A stretch of DNA of 63,537 bases, the filler included, from Octopus bimaculoides (lineage: Eukaryota), in assembly GCF_001194135.2 (NCBI RefSeq). It is 5 parts of 5 records of this genome, joined end to end, with 100 filler letters (N's around TTAATTAATTAA, not from the genome) between each part and the next. Parts side by side here need not be neighbours in the genome. Positions count along the whole stretch, not along the records: positions 43,822 to 61,758 come from NC_068989.1; 4 more parts are not named here. The stretch is one strand, 5' to 3'. The notes under the pieces were generated by a model. The model did not search any database and was not told the origin of the DNA. It worked only from the letters and a program-made list of their open reading frames with translations. A program made the translations under genes and the position numbers. Shown in pieces: positions 51,031 through 61,858 of the stretch; the stretch's first letter is position 1, and each line of letters starts with the position of its first letter.

Positions 51031-51260
51031 AAAATAACTGTTCAACCGTAATCCTTGTTGACTCCAATTTCTTCACTTTTATATTCACACACGATGAATG
51101 CCCAAAGTTAAACTTGGAAGTATATAATAATACTACCGGATAGTACTGGGCAATTCTGAAGGTGGACGAGCTTTATGCTGTACTTTACCATATTCGTAAC
51201 GGAACATACCATAACTATATATATAATGTACACACGTACGTACATACATACATACATACA

Positions 51261-51293
<33 letters not shown>

Positions 51294-51343
51294 TACAAAC
51301 ATATGTATGCATGTACACATTATAACCACACAAACATAAATAC

Positions 51344-51608
51344 ATAAAGGAATAAATGATTATCTTGTCAACTTCATCAGCTTACAGGTGTTTCTACTAT
51401 AAGATGCAGCGGATTCATATTTGAGTGCCCGAATAAAATATAGCTTCATCAGAGCCTCGAATATGAAGTGTAAACCGCACTTCATATTCCAGGCTCTGAT
51501 GAAGCTATAAGATGTTATTCAGGCCCTCAAATATAAGTCCACTGCGTCTTGTAGCCTAAACAACTGCAAGCTGATGAAGTTCATAAGAATAATAATTTAT
51601 TCCTTTGT
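51344..51608. ncRNA. Palindrome of two head-to-head degenerate type-I hammerhead ribozyme motifs (probably PLE-derived)
   Basis: + copy: GGCT-CTGATGA(51496-502)-AGCTATAAGA...TCTTGTAGCC-TAAAC-AACT-GCA-AGCT; - copy: GGCT-CTGATGA-AGCTATA...TATAGTA-GAAAC-ACCT-GTA-AGCT. Confidence 0.6.
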
Positions 51609-51674
51609 CATCGCTATTTCTTATTACCACTCTTTTCTCTCTCTCTCTCTCTCTGTACATACATACATACATAC

Positions 51675-51985
51675 GAGGTGCAATGGCCCAGTGGTTAGGG
51701 CAGCGGACTCGCGGTCGTAAGATCGTAGTTTCGATTCCTAGATCAGTTGTTGTGAGTGTTTATTGAGCAAAAACACATAAAGGTCCACGTGGCTCCGACA
51801 GGGTGTGGTGGCGAACCCTGCTGTACTCTTTCACCACAAATTTCTTCCACTCTTTTTTCCTGTTTCTGTTGTACCTGTATTTCAAAGGGCCAACCTTGTC
51901 GCACTCTGAATCTCCCTAAGAACTACGTTAAGGGTACACGTGTCTGTAGAGTACTCAGTCACTTGCACGTTAATTTCACGAGAAA
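51675..51985 (+). mobile_element. SINE family C copy
   Basis: GAGGTGCAATGGCCCAGTGGTTAGGGCAGCGGACTCGCGGTC...TTTCGATTCC, continuing to cttgcacgttaatttcacgag. Confidence 0.9.
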
Positions 51986-52072
51986 TGTATGTGTGTGTGT
52001 GTGTGTGTGTGTTGTANNNNNNNNNNNNNNNNNNNNNNNNNNNNNNNNNNNNNNNNNNNNNNNNNNNNNNNN

Positions 52073-52103
<31 letters not shown>

Positions 52104-52347
52104 TACATAGATTTATGTGCTTTAGTTTCATAGTAGCGTAGAAGATTGTCAAATATCTTCGCAGCTCTGTAGCTCTCTATAATGGTTTAATGTCATAAAG
52201 AAACGGTACTCTTAATAATCAAACCTGAGTTATATCCCTTGTCATGTTCCGCTGTTGCTTGTAATATATGATGACTGTTTTGGAATATAGAAAGTGACCA
52301 TATACCAATGCAATTAGCTCTCATTCTTTCGTGCGTGGGATGGATAG

Positions 52348-52378
52348 AGAGAGAGAGAGGGAGAGGGAGAGGGAGAGA

Positions 52379-52442
<64 letters not shown>
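52348..52442. repeat. (GA)n microsatellite
   Basis: Direct reading. Confidence 0.95.
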
Positions 52443-52444
<2 letters not shown>

Positions 52445-52529
52445 TTCATTGGCATTCTCTCATTTTCTTACTTTGGTTGAAGTTAAATTAACAGTAAAAA
52501 GATTGCAAGAAAGATATTTCTAAAAGTCA

Positions 52530-52632
52530 TCTCAAGTGCAGCCCAATCGCGTTGCATCCTGGGTAAGTGTCTTGTACTACAGCTCTGGGCTGACCAAAGC
52601 CCTGCGAGTGGATTTCATAGACGGAAACTGAC
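52530..52632 (+). mobile_element. SINE family B 5'/central fragment followed by (ACAT)n
   Basis: gggtaagtgtcttgtactacagctctgggctgaccaaagccctgcgagtggatttcatagacggaaactga. Confidence 0.75.
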
Positions 52633-52734
52633 ATACATACATACATACATACATACATACATACATACATACAAACATACATACATACATACATACAAAC
52701 ATACATACATACATACATACATACAGTCGGGTGA

Positions 52735-52870
52735 AGCCCTTCGGTCATGAATGACCATGAGATTGCACCTAGAAACTTACTCTCCGAGGCACAAGTCCGG
52801 GCAAAGTTGTTTATGGAAGACCAGCAGTCGCCCATGCATACCAGACTCCCCTCTCCACGCCACCGATGTT
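52735..52870 (-). mobile_element. 3' tail of family D SINE (or of its partner LINE)
   Basis: Reverse-complement match to 6400-6530. Confidence 0.85.
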
Positions 52871-53867
52871 ATCCAAGGGTTCGAAGAAGGAGTGCTCCTT
52901 CTTCGAACCCAGAAGAGTTGACAAGTGAAACAGAGACAGGCAGAAACAAGAAAAATGCCGCTGTTACTTGAATACTATACAAATATGTCTTTAAAAGGAC
53001 TTTTCTTTTAAATTTACCAAAATTTAATTTTTCAATAATTTTTCAAAAATCTATTATTGATATTTACTGNNNNNNNNNNNNNNNNNNNNNNNNNNNNNNN
53101 NNNNNNNNNNNNNNNNNNNNNNNNNNNNNNNNNNNNNNNNNNNNNNNNNNNNNNNNNNNNNNNNNNNNNNNNNNNNNNNNNNNNNNNNNNNNNNNNNNNN
53201 NNNNNNNNNNNNNNNNNNNNNNNNNNNNNNNNNNNNNNNNNNNNNNNNNNNNNNNNNNNNNNNNNNNNNNNNNNNNNNNNNNNNNNNNNNNNNNNNNNNN
53301 NNNNNNNNNNNNNNNNNNNNNNNNNNNNNNNNNNNNNNNNNNNNNNNNNNNNNNNNNNNNNNNNNNNNNNNNNNNNNNNNNNNNNNNNNNNNNNNNNNNN
53401 NNNNNNNNNNNNNNNNNNNNNNNNNNNNNNNNNNNNNNNNNNNNNNNNNNNNNNNNNNNNNNNNNNNNNNNNNNNNNNNNNNNNNNNNNNNNNNNNNNNN
53501 NNNNNNNNNNNNNNNNNNNNNNNNNNNNNNNNNNNNNNNNNNNNNNNNNNNNNNNNNNNNNNNNNNNNNNNNNNNNNNNNNNNNNNNNNNNNNNNNNNNN
53601 NNNNNNNNNNNNNNNNNNNNNNNNNNNNNNNNNNNNNNNNNNNNNNNNNNNNNNNNNNNNNNNNNNNNNNNNNNNNNNNNNNNNNNNNNNNNNNNNNNNN
53701 NNNNNNNNNNNNNNNNNNNNNNNNNNNNNNNNNNNNNNNNNNNNNNNNNNNNNNNNNNNNNNNNNNNNNNNNNNNNNNNNNNNNNNNNNNNNNNNNNNNN
53801 NNNNNNNNNNNNNNNNNNNNNNNNNNNNNNNNNNAAAGAAGTAAAAGAAGAAAAACTGAAAAAGAAA

Positions 53868-54050
53868 AAAGCGGCGAGCTGGCAGAATCGTTAGCACCCT
53901 GGGCGAAATGCTAAGCGGCATTTCATCCGTCTTCAAGTTCTGTGTTCAAATTTTGCCGAGGTCGACTTTGCCTTTCATCCTATCGGAGTCGATAATATAA
54001 GTACCAGTTAAATCCTGGCTTTGTGCCAAAACTTGAAATCATTATTTTCT
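53868..54050 (+). mobile_element. SINE family A copy
   Basis: aagcggcgagctggcagaatcgttagcaccctgggcgaaatgctaagcggc...gtcgactttgcctttcatcc...taagtaccagtta. Confidence 0.9.
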
Positions 54051-54888
54051 GTCCAAAACAACCATTTCAAACTTCTTATGGAGCATATGACGAAGTTAGC
54101 ATGTGAATATTTCTCTAATATTGCTTGTATTGAAAAGTATGTATTCAACAGCAGAAATATTTTTATATTTGTTATTGACCAGTCTTTCCTACGACTGATA
54201 TTGTATGAGCAACAGAAACATTATACTTCATTGGAAGGTAGTAACTTCAGATTTTAGGCTAGTTGTTGGTCACATGTGTAATATTTTCCTCAAAAATATA
54301 GCAAAATCGATATTTTCAGTCGCGTCTTGAAGTTAAAGTGCTTCACTATCTCTTGTTTGTCTGTCTGTCTGTGAGTGTGTATGTGTGTTTGTATGTACGT
54401 ATGTATGTGTGTGCTTGTGCGTGCGTGCGTGCATGTATGTATGTATGTATGTATGTATGTATGTATGTATGTATGTATGTATGTATGTATGCATGTGTGT
54501 ATGTCATTCTTTAGTCTTATTTCTAAATTTCTAGTCAATGGAAAACGATCTGGTTTCTAACCTAGACCCAATGCTTCTTCATTGGAATTTCAACAACATT
54601 AATAGGTTAGTTGTGCATGTATGTTACCAGTAGTTGTTAGTATTTTTCTAGTCCTGATGTCCAAGTTGCGAATATCTTTCAGAATTCCAAATGTTGGCAC
54701 CAGCATCGGCAGTGGAAAGATATGGTCTAGCTGAATGTGTATAGTTCTGATTTACTCCTTGTGAAGTCCTGTCACACTAGCTTCACACACAGAACCAACA
54801 TATTCATAATGTTTATTAATTCCGAGATACTTGTACGTATTCATTATTACAAGTAGATGAGATAGAGTAAGTAGAGTAAGTAAAGTTA

Positions 54889-55128
54889 CCTTTTCGAGTC
54901 ATGCCGACTCACAAGGGTCGGTTTTCCGGTTCTATGGCGTATAAATTCCCCACCTGGACAGGACGCTGGTCTGTCGCAGGTTTTCTCATTTTTGCCAGCT
55001 GAGTGGACTGGAGCAACGTAAAATATTATTTTGTTCAAGAACACAACGCGACACCCGGTCTAGGAATTGAAACCACAATCTTACGATCATGAGTCCAATA
55101 CGCTAACCACTAAGTCACGTGCCTCCAC
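54889..55128 (-). mobile_element. D-type SINE head and centre with a third tail type
   Basis: Head GTGGAGGCACGTGACTTAGTGGTTAG; centre ttgaacaaaata...acgttgctccagtccactcagctggcaaaaatgag; tail cctgcgacagaccagcgtcctgtccaggtgggg. Confidence 0.8.
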
Positions 55129-55252
55129 AGAGGAGATAGAGTTGTCGTTGATGTCCATATTCGTCGTCTGGACAAAATTTGAACATTTTCCATGCCAAAC
55201 TTATCCTCAGATCATCGATGAAAATAGTCTGGTGATATACATTTTGTGTTTC

Positions 55253-56141
55253 TGTTATGGGGTACACCCCTCCCACGTGACGAGTGGTATGTGATAGTAA
55301 TTATATGTGATAGTCATTATAAATACTGCCAGTCAGTGCCAGCATAAGGAGAAAGTACGAAGTAAACGGTCATAGATAGTCGTGGTCTTGCTTATCTAAC
55401 TAACTATACTGCTATACTGGAGTGGGCGTGATAACAGTCCGACAAAGGATTACAACAGTGGCGCCGTGGAATTAACAAAATCACGAGGAATTAGAAAATT
55501 CACAAGGAGTTATGAAACTCACAAAAAATTTTGTGCGAATTTTACGATATACCAAATCGTAATATTATGGAAAAATTGTTGGCCGGTTTGCTCGAGCTGC
55601 AAAAACAACAACTAAAAGAGCAACAACAACAGCAGCTACAACTGTAAGAATAACAGCAGAAGCAACAACAACAACAATCACTATTACAGCAATAAATGCT
55701 GTAATTAATGAATAGTAAATCGTCAGAAAATGCCGAAAAGATGTTCTGGCCAGATTATATTGCGAACTCGATAACAAAATTTAAGTATGAACCAGTCGAA
55801 GGAGTTACCGTCGAGGCGTACTATAGAAGATACGAACAGATCTTCAATAAAGAGCGCAAAGATTGGGACGACGATATGAAAACGCACCTAATTATAAGGA
55901 AACTGGCAGCAGGGGAACATGAACGCTACAGCAATTACGTACTCCCGAAAAAACCTCCTGACATAAGCTTTAAAAAATACAATAGACATATTGTGTATAA
56001 TTTTTAGCGAGAAAAGCTCGTTGTTCAATACACGCTTGAAATGTTTGAACCTAGAAAAGAACAACGATGAGAACTACATTATATAGGCTGGTAAAGTTAA
56101 CAGAGAATGTGATTATCATTTATTCCAGAGTCTTCAAAATC
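55253..56141 (+). mobile_element. 5' end of a Gypsy-type LTR retrotransposon: ~205-bp LTR, primer-binding site and degenerate gag
   Basis: TGTT(55253)...AACA(55457), then TGGCG at 55459; gag from ATG 55567, in frame with ORF 55708-56007 (EAYYRRYEQIF...W.DDMKTHLIIRKL...EHERYSNYVLPKKP.D); continues after a frameshift (SLFNTRLKCLNL); gap follows. Confidence 0.8.
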
Positions 56142-56819
56142 NNNNNNNNNNNNNNNNNNNNNNNNNNNNNNNNNNNNNNNNNNNNNNNNNNNNNNNNNNN
56201 NNNNNNNNNNNNNNNNNNNNNNNNNNNNNNNNNNNNNNNNNNNNNNNNNNNNNNNNNNNNNNNNNNNNNNNNNNNNNNNNNNNNNNNNNNNNNNNNNNNN
56301 NNNNNNNNNNNNNNNNNNNNNNNNNNNNNNNNNNNNNNNNNNNNNNNNNNNNNNNNNNNNNNNNNNNNNNNNNNNNNNNNNNNNNNNNNNNNNNNNNNNN
56401 NNNNNNNNNNNNNNNNNNNNNNNNNNNNNNNNNNNNNNNNNNNNNNNNNNNNNNNNNNNNNNNNNNNNNNNNNNNNNNNNNNNNNNNNNNNNNNNNNNNN
56501 NNNNNNNNNNNNNNNNNNNNNNNNNNNNNNNNNNNNNNNNNNNNNNNNNNNNNNNNNNNNNNNNNNNNNNNNNNNNNNNNNNNNNNNNNNNNNNNNNNNN
56601 NNNNNNNNNNNNNNNNNAAAATAATTTTATCATGAAAAACATTTTAGTACTTGTTTCGTTCATTGAAACTTTTTCAGCTCTAAGTATGGAAAACAAATTG
56701 TGGAAAAATTAAATGAAAAGTTTAAAAAAAATATTTCCATAGTATTCAAATACAAGGGACATTTTCCTTGTTTCTGCCTGTGGGTTCGAGGTAGTTATGA
56801 ATTCTTGTCTTTGATTGTT

Positions 56820-57200
56820 TAAGCAGCAGTAGTAGTAAAGAAAGGGGGTGGTAGAGAAGAAGAAGACGAAGAAGAAGAAGAAGAAGAAGGAAAAGGAGAA
56901 GAAGAAGGAGAAGGAAAAGGAAAAGAAAAAAATAAAAGAATGCGGGTGTGGTATGATAGTAGTAGGATGTTAAATGGTCAATATTTGCGTGGGGGTTATT
57001 CTAAGCAGCAGTAGTAGTAATAAAGTAAGGAAGGAGGTGGGGGAGAAGAAGACGAAGAAGAAAAGGAAGAAGAAGAAGAAGAAGAAGAAGAAGGAGAAGG
57101 AGAAGAAGGAGAAGGAGAAAAAGAAGAAGAAGAAGGAGAAGAGAAAAAATAATAAAAGAATGCGGGTGTGGTATGATAGTAGTAGGATGTTAAATGGTCA
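56820..57200. repeat. Tandem duplication of a (GAA)n-containing ~170-200-bp unit at the PLE 3' end
   Basis: aagcagcagtagtagtaa...aataaaagaatgcgggtgtggtatgatagtagtaggatgttaaatggtca occurs twice (ending 56980 and 57200). Confidence 0.9.
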
Positions 57201-57299
57201 AGTGCCCTAAAAGTGGCTCGTTGTGGATGATAGTAGTGATTGGGAATGTTTTGAATGGATTCCTGGGTATCTCTTTTCAATGTATCGTTTTTAATATTT

Positions 57300-58463
57300 G
57301 CGTGTGTGTTAGTCTAAGGTCGTGGTGGATATGTTATTTGTTGTAGATGCATTCAAAAGGGGTCTGTATTTTGTAATAAAGAGAGTCTCTTTACTAATTC
57401 GTTGGTTACAGGTTGTATCGTCCCTAAATTGATAGAGGGGAAAAATTCTTTTTTTGTTACTGGATTTTTGTTACTGGTGCAAATGTCGATGCGTTGGCTG
57501 AATGCTATTTTTCTGTTTTTCGGAATTTTGATCTGGGATCTGTGCAGAGCCATTCTTTGACGTAGATTATTTTTTGTTTGGACAATGTATTGCTCTTGAC
57601 ACCCAGAGCAGGTTAGTGCGTACATCAAGTTCTCTGAAGCTGCTTTTCACTGTGAAACGTTGTCTCTGTTTGTAGGAGAACTCTGATCCCTCAATTAAAT
57701 TGGTGCATATCTCACATTTGGATCTTCCGCATTTTTTTACTGACGGTTTCTGTGTCGTTGAGCGTATTCGGGCTTGTGTTAGGAGACTTTTCATAGATTT
57801 GGGCTGTCTCTTGCTTTTTATGTGGTCCTTTTTTAGCAGGGAAATGTTTTGAAGGATGGTGTCGAAGGCTTCATTGTTAAGAGGATTGTGTGTGGAGATG
57901 TATGGTTGGGCTTTTAGTTGTAAATCCGTCTTTAATTTGGGATGCCTGAGTTCATGGATGTTGAGTTGTAAGGCACGTTGAAAGTATATGTCAATTAGTG
58001 AAGGTGGATAGTTCCTAGTGATGAGTGTATCCTTTAGTTCATGTAGTCGTGTGTCCCTGGTGCTTGCATTAGAAACTATAGTACAGATCCTTTTTGCTAG
58101 GTTGAAGAGGATATTCATTCTAGTGTGTCTGGGGTGGCATGAGTTGAACGGTAGATATTGCTTGGAGTCCCTGAATTTATAGTATATATCTGTTTCTATT
58201 ACGTTGTTAGATTTCTTAATGAGGATGTTGAGGAAGGGAAGTTGCTGATGGCTATATTCCATCGTGAATTGAATGTTTACATCAAGTCCATTTATAAGTG
58301 CTTGAAATTCTTTAAGTCTCTCTATACTTTCATGCCAAAGAATGAAACAGTCATGCAAGAATCTCTTCCAGTTATTTTCTATGTAGAGGGAGAATGGGTT
58401 GCCGTATTTGTCTGGTACCTTACGACTAATTACTAGATATCCCATGACTAGGTTGGCAAACAC
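57300..58463 (-). mobile_element. 5'-truncated Penelope-like element (Neptune-type): RT C-terminus, Cys linker, GIY-YIG endonuclease
   Basis: WKRFLHDCF (decayed RYxDD), LPFLNILI, TDIYYKFRDSKQYLPFNSCHP (PLE thumb), CGRSKCEIC linker, then frameshifted MYALTCSGCQEQYIVQT...LRQRMALHRS (GIY-YIG). Confidence 0.9.
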
Positions 58464-60300
58464 ATATTATAACTGAAAGGCTCCAATTTCCAGTACTCAG
58501 AGTTACTCGTTCCCGATCATCAGCTGTTGCGACTAGTTTAAAGAAGACGCTTATCCTTATATTCTACAGTTCTATATTTATGTTCTGTTGCTTAAAAACC
58601 TTTGTGAACGACACGTGCAAAAGCAGTTGCTTCAAACTCACGTTTTTTAAAAATTTCGTTTCTAGTTATCGTAGTAATATTATAAACATCTTAAATTTCA
58701 CATGAACAAAGTTATATTGTCTGAGTAATGTTTTAAAGTAATACCTTCATGTAACATTTTTAATTAGTGTCTTTAAAAACACTGAGGGTATACGTGCGTG
58801 TTCATTTTGCATGTGTGTATTAAAGAATACTCTACATTTGTATTGAGTCCTGTAATTTATCGCGTGTGGTAAATCAACTAATACATACATACATACATAT
58901 GTGTGTGTGTGTGTATAGACACATACATATGCATATATATACTATAAGCATATATATACGAGCATCTTGTGAAGATGCTCATAACTGAGTATATGTTATA
59001 TTCTGAAACTAAGTGACGCTTCTAGAAAAATACGATATTTTATAGCTGTAACAGTACATAAAAGAACTGCATATAGTTAAATCTAGATAGTAGAATATAA
59101 AGATAACATTTACTTAGATGGCTATTTATGAAAATACACAATTCATACGAATATATCTATAGATAAAGAAATTGCACAAGGAAAAAAATGCTTTTTATGT
59201 GCGCTTAGTAAAAATACGTAGCAGGGAGAACAATTCTGCATAAAACAGATACTATAATAGCTAAACAGGTATGTAATTATTTCCTCTTTATGTTGTATTG
59301 ATATAAACGTTTTATTACATACTATTAAATAGAATGGCATTTACATATATTTAAATAATGAAATATTTCAGCGTAGTTACTTTTATAGGAATTTTTTAAA
59401 ATTTAATTTTACATATGATTTAGCAGTTTTGTTTGTGAATCAGACATGAATGTACATAGATACTTTTACAAAGTCATATGTACTATTTCATTTACATTGT
59501 AATTATACGAATACGTATGCGTGGGCATCAATAAAATATCTCCAAACAGCTTCTGTTGTTAGTTTTGGAACTAGAATGTTTGACTTAAAAAAAAAAAAGA
59601 GTTATATGCAAGTAGTAATAATAATGATGATGATAGTAACTGCAAAGCTAAAATATGCAAATATATTAAACCTGGCCGATAGTATATATATGTATATAAA
59701 TGAAATAATCGATTAGAATTTTTTCTTTCTCACCCCTACCACATCCAACACACACGTGTGTATATGTATATATGTATGTTTGTATATGTGTATGCCTAAC
59801 AAAAATACACTCACACACACATACACACGTGTGCGCGCGTGTGTAATGAAAACAATGAACAAAAACAGAAAGGAAAATAAACAGAGGAGAGATAAGTTTT
59901 AACAAATATTGTAATAGTTTAACGCTTTTTGACCAGCGGAAACGTATAGAATACTCTACAAAGAGGTGTGAGACAGACGAAAAAGTGATTGTGAAGAAAA
60001 AAAAAACAACCTATATGTCATGTTTGCTTTTCAGCCTTTCGGATTCGATAAAAATGCCAATCTAAGGCAGTGGAACTGTAAGAGGGTGGAACCAGATAAC
60101 ATGTGGTATTTGTTTCGCCTTTCAGTGTTCCGAGTCAAATATTGATGGAGTAGCTAAAATGCACCATCGCCAGTCTGCAGGCTTTGCGAATAGAGAGAAG
60201 ACCTTAAAATAGTCAGCATCGAATAAATGGTACTAGGAGGAAGAGAAGTAGACGGAAGTGTTCTTCCAGCTGCTGAATGAATGAATGAGTCCATAAAAAT

Positions 60301-60340
<40 letters not shown>

Positions 60341-60404
60341 ACATTAAATTACGAATTAGAAGCAGATATTATCGGTCACACAGACATAGCGTATGTGCAT
60401 TGTT

Positions 60405-60802
60405 TATTCTTTTATTCTTTTACTTGTTTCAACCATTTGACTGCGGCCATGCTGGAACACCACCTTAAGTCGAACAAATCGACTCAGGACTTATTCTTTG
60501 TAAGCCTAGTACTTATTCGATCGGTTTCTTTTTCCCGAACCGCTAAGTTACGAGGTCGTAAACACATCAATATTGGTTGTCAAGCGATAGTGGGAGCGGG
60601 GACAAACACAGACACAAATAACAAATACATACATATACATACATACATACATACATATATATACGACCGGCTTCTTTCAGTTTCCGTCTACCAAATCCAC
60701 TCACAAAGCTTTAATCGGCCCGAAGTTATTGTAGAAGACACTTGTCCAAGGTGCCACGTAGTGTGACTGAACCCAGAACCATGTGGTTGGGAAGCAAGCT
60801 TC
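60405..60802 (-). mobile_element. SINE family B copy, head slightly truncated
   Basis: Same architecture as 14735-15143 with an internal (ACAT)n. Confidence 0.9.
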
Positions 60803-61758
60803 TTTATTTCATTACATTTGCCATAAAGGCATAATACAGATGGAAGCTTTGTGGGCTGGACACAGACACAATGATGATGATGGAATGAAAAAAGAGATAT
60901 TTGGTGGGAGAAGTAGCCAACGCCCACCGATTGTTACTTCCCGATAACATTGTTCTTTTTTAAAAACACAAACGAGGTGTTGAACCTCTTACAACAATTA
61001 CAAATTGAGGCGCTGAGCCTCTTACCAATCAAAAAAAGTTCAGCAAATATATTCAGCTTGAGGCGCTAAGCCTCTTACCAATCTCCAAGTTCGAATCGAG
61101 GCACTAAGACCTCTTACTCTACCTCCCCGATTAAGTCTCTTGCCGCCTGCAGGCAAGCCTGCAGTCGCAAGCCGGTGTCCCATAAGAGATAATTGTATTC
61201 ATCCTTGGTAAAGGAATCTATCACCCTGCAGAAATAATTTTCCTGCATTGAAAGCCAATCCGGGCTTTCAATGCAGGTTAGGCCTCCCTGTTCCCGACCT
61301 TCCAGATTCCTCACAAAGTTCTCTATGGTCCCTCCCTTAAGAAAGAAGATCACAAATTCCTCATTTATTATACTGGGAGGGGCCACAGTTTCCTCCGTCG
61401 GTGACACAATTCCCACCAACGAGGTTTCGTGAAATGCCGGCAGTGTACTGCTAACCGCCGGCACTGTCCCATTCTTTTTCTTCTTTTTTCTTGTCTTTGA
61501 TACGGAAGGGAGTGGTTCCTCTGCTTTAACCGGAGGATCATCCCTCCCTCCCACAGCTTTAGGGTCCTACGGTGAGCAACCATTTTTGCCCACCTTCTTC
61601 CTTTCCCCCCTTTTTTTTGGGAGGTCTCTACCTCCTCAACTACCTCCATCTCTCCCTCCGGAGGAGGAGGAGTGGGCTTTTCCACAACCAACTGTTTCAG
61701 GACCCTACTCTAGTCCTAGGGACAGTTCTTTTTGAGGTGGCCTGGTTCCAGGCACAAG
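60803..61758 (-). mobile_element. L1/Tx1-like ORF1 (gag-like) C-terminal region with CCHC knuckle, followed directly by a 3' UTR; no ORF2 seen
   Basis: Beside the gap the minus strand reads LCLEPGHLKKNCP (C-x4-H-x4-C), in frame (through two TAG stops) with ORF 61368-61691; a frameshift leads into ORF 61114-61554; TAA at 61116-14; four hairpins; AATAAA near 60805-10. Confidence 0.6.
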
Positions 61759-61858
61759 NNNNNNNNNNNNNNNNNNNNNNNNNNNNNNNNNNNNNNNNNN
61801 NNTTAATTAATTAANNNNNNNNNNNNNNNNNNNNNNNNNNNNNNNNNNNNNNNNNNNN

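Noticed and set aside
56974-57210. Lys/Glu-rich ORF resembling a nucleic-acid-binding protein
   Set aside because: Translation of a (GAA)n/(GGA)n repeat.
60035-60105. Possible next Neto exon (PFGF... after ttttcag)
   Set aside because: That reading needs phase 0; in the required phase 1 it hits TAA after five codons, and no CUB motifs follow.
60974-61116. Hairpin repeats with variable spacers as a CRISPR array
   Set aside because: Repeats are only ~19 nt, spacing is irregular, there are no cas genes, and the context is a eukaryotic retroelement.
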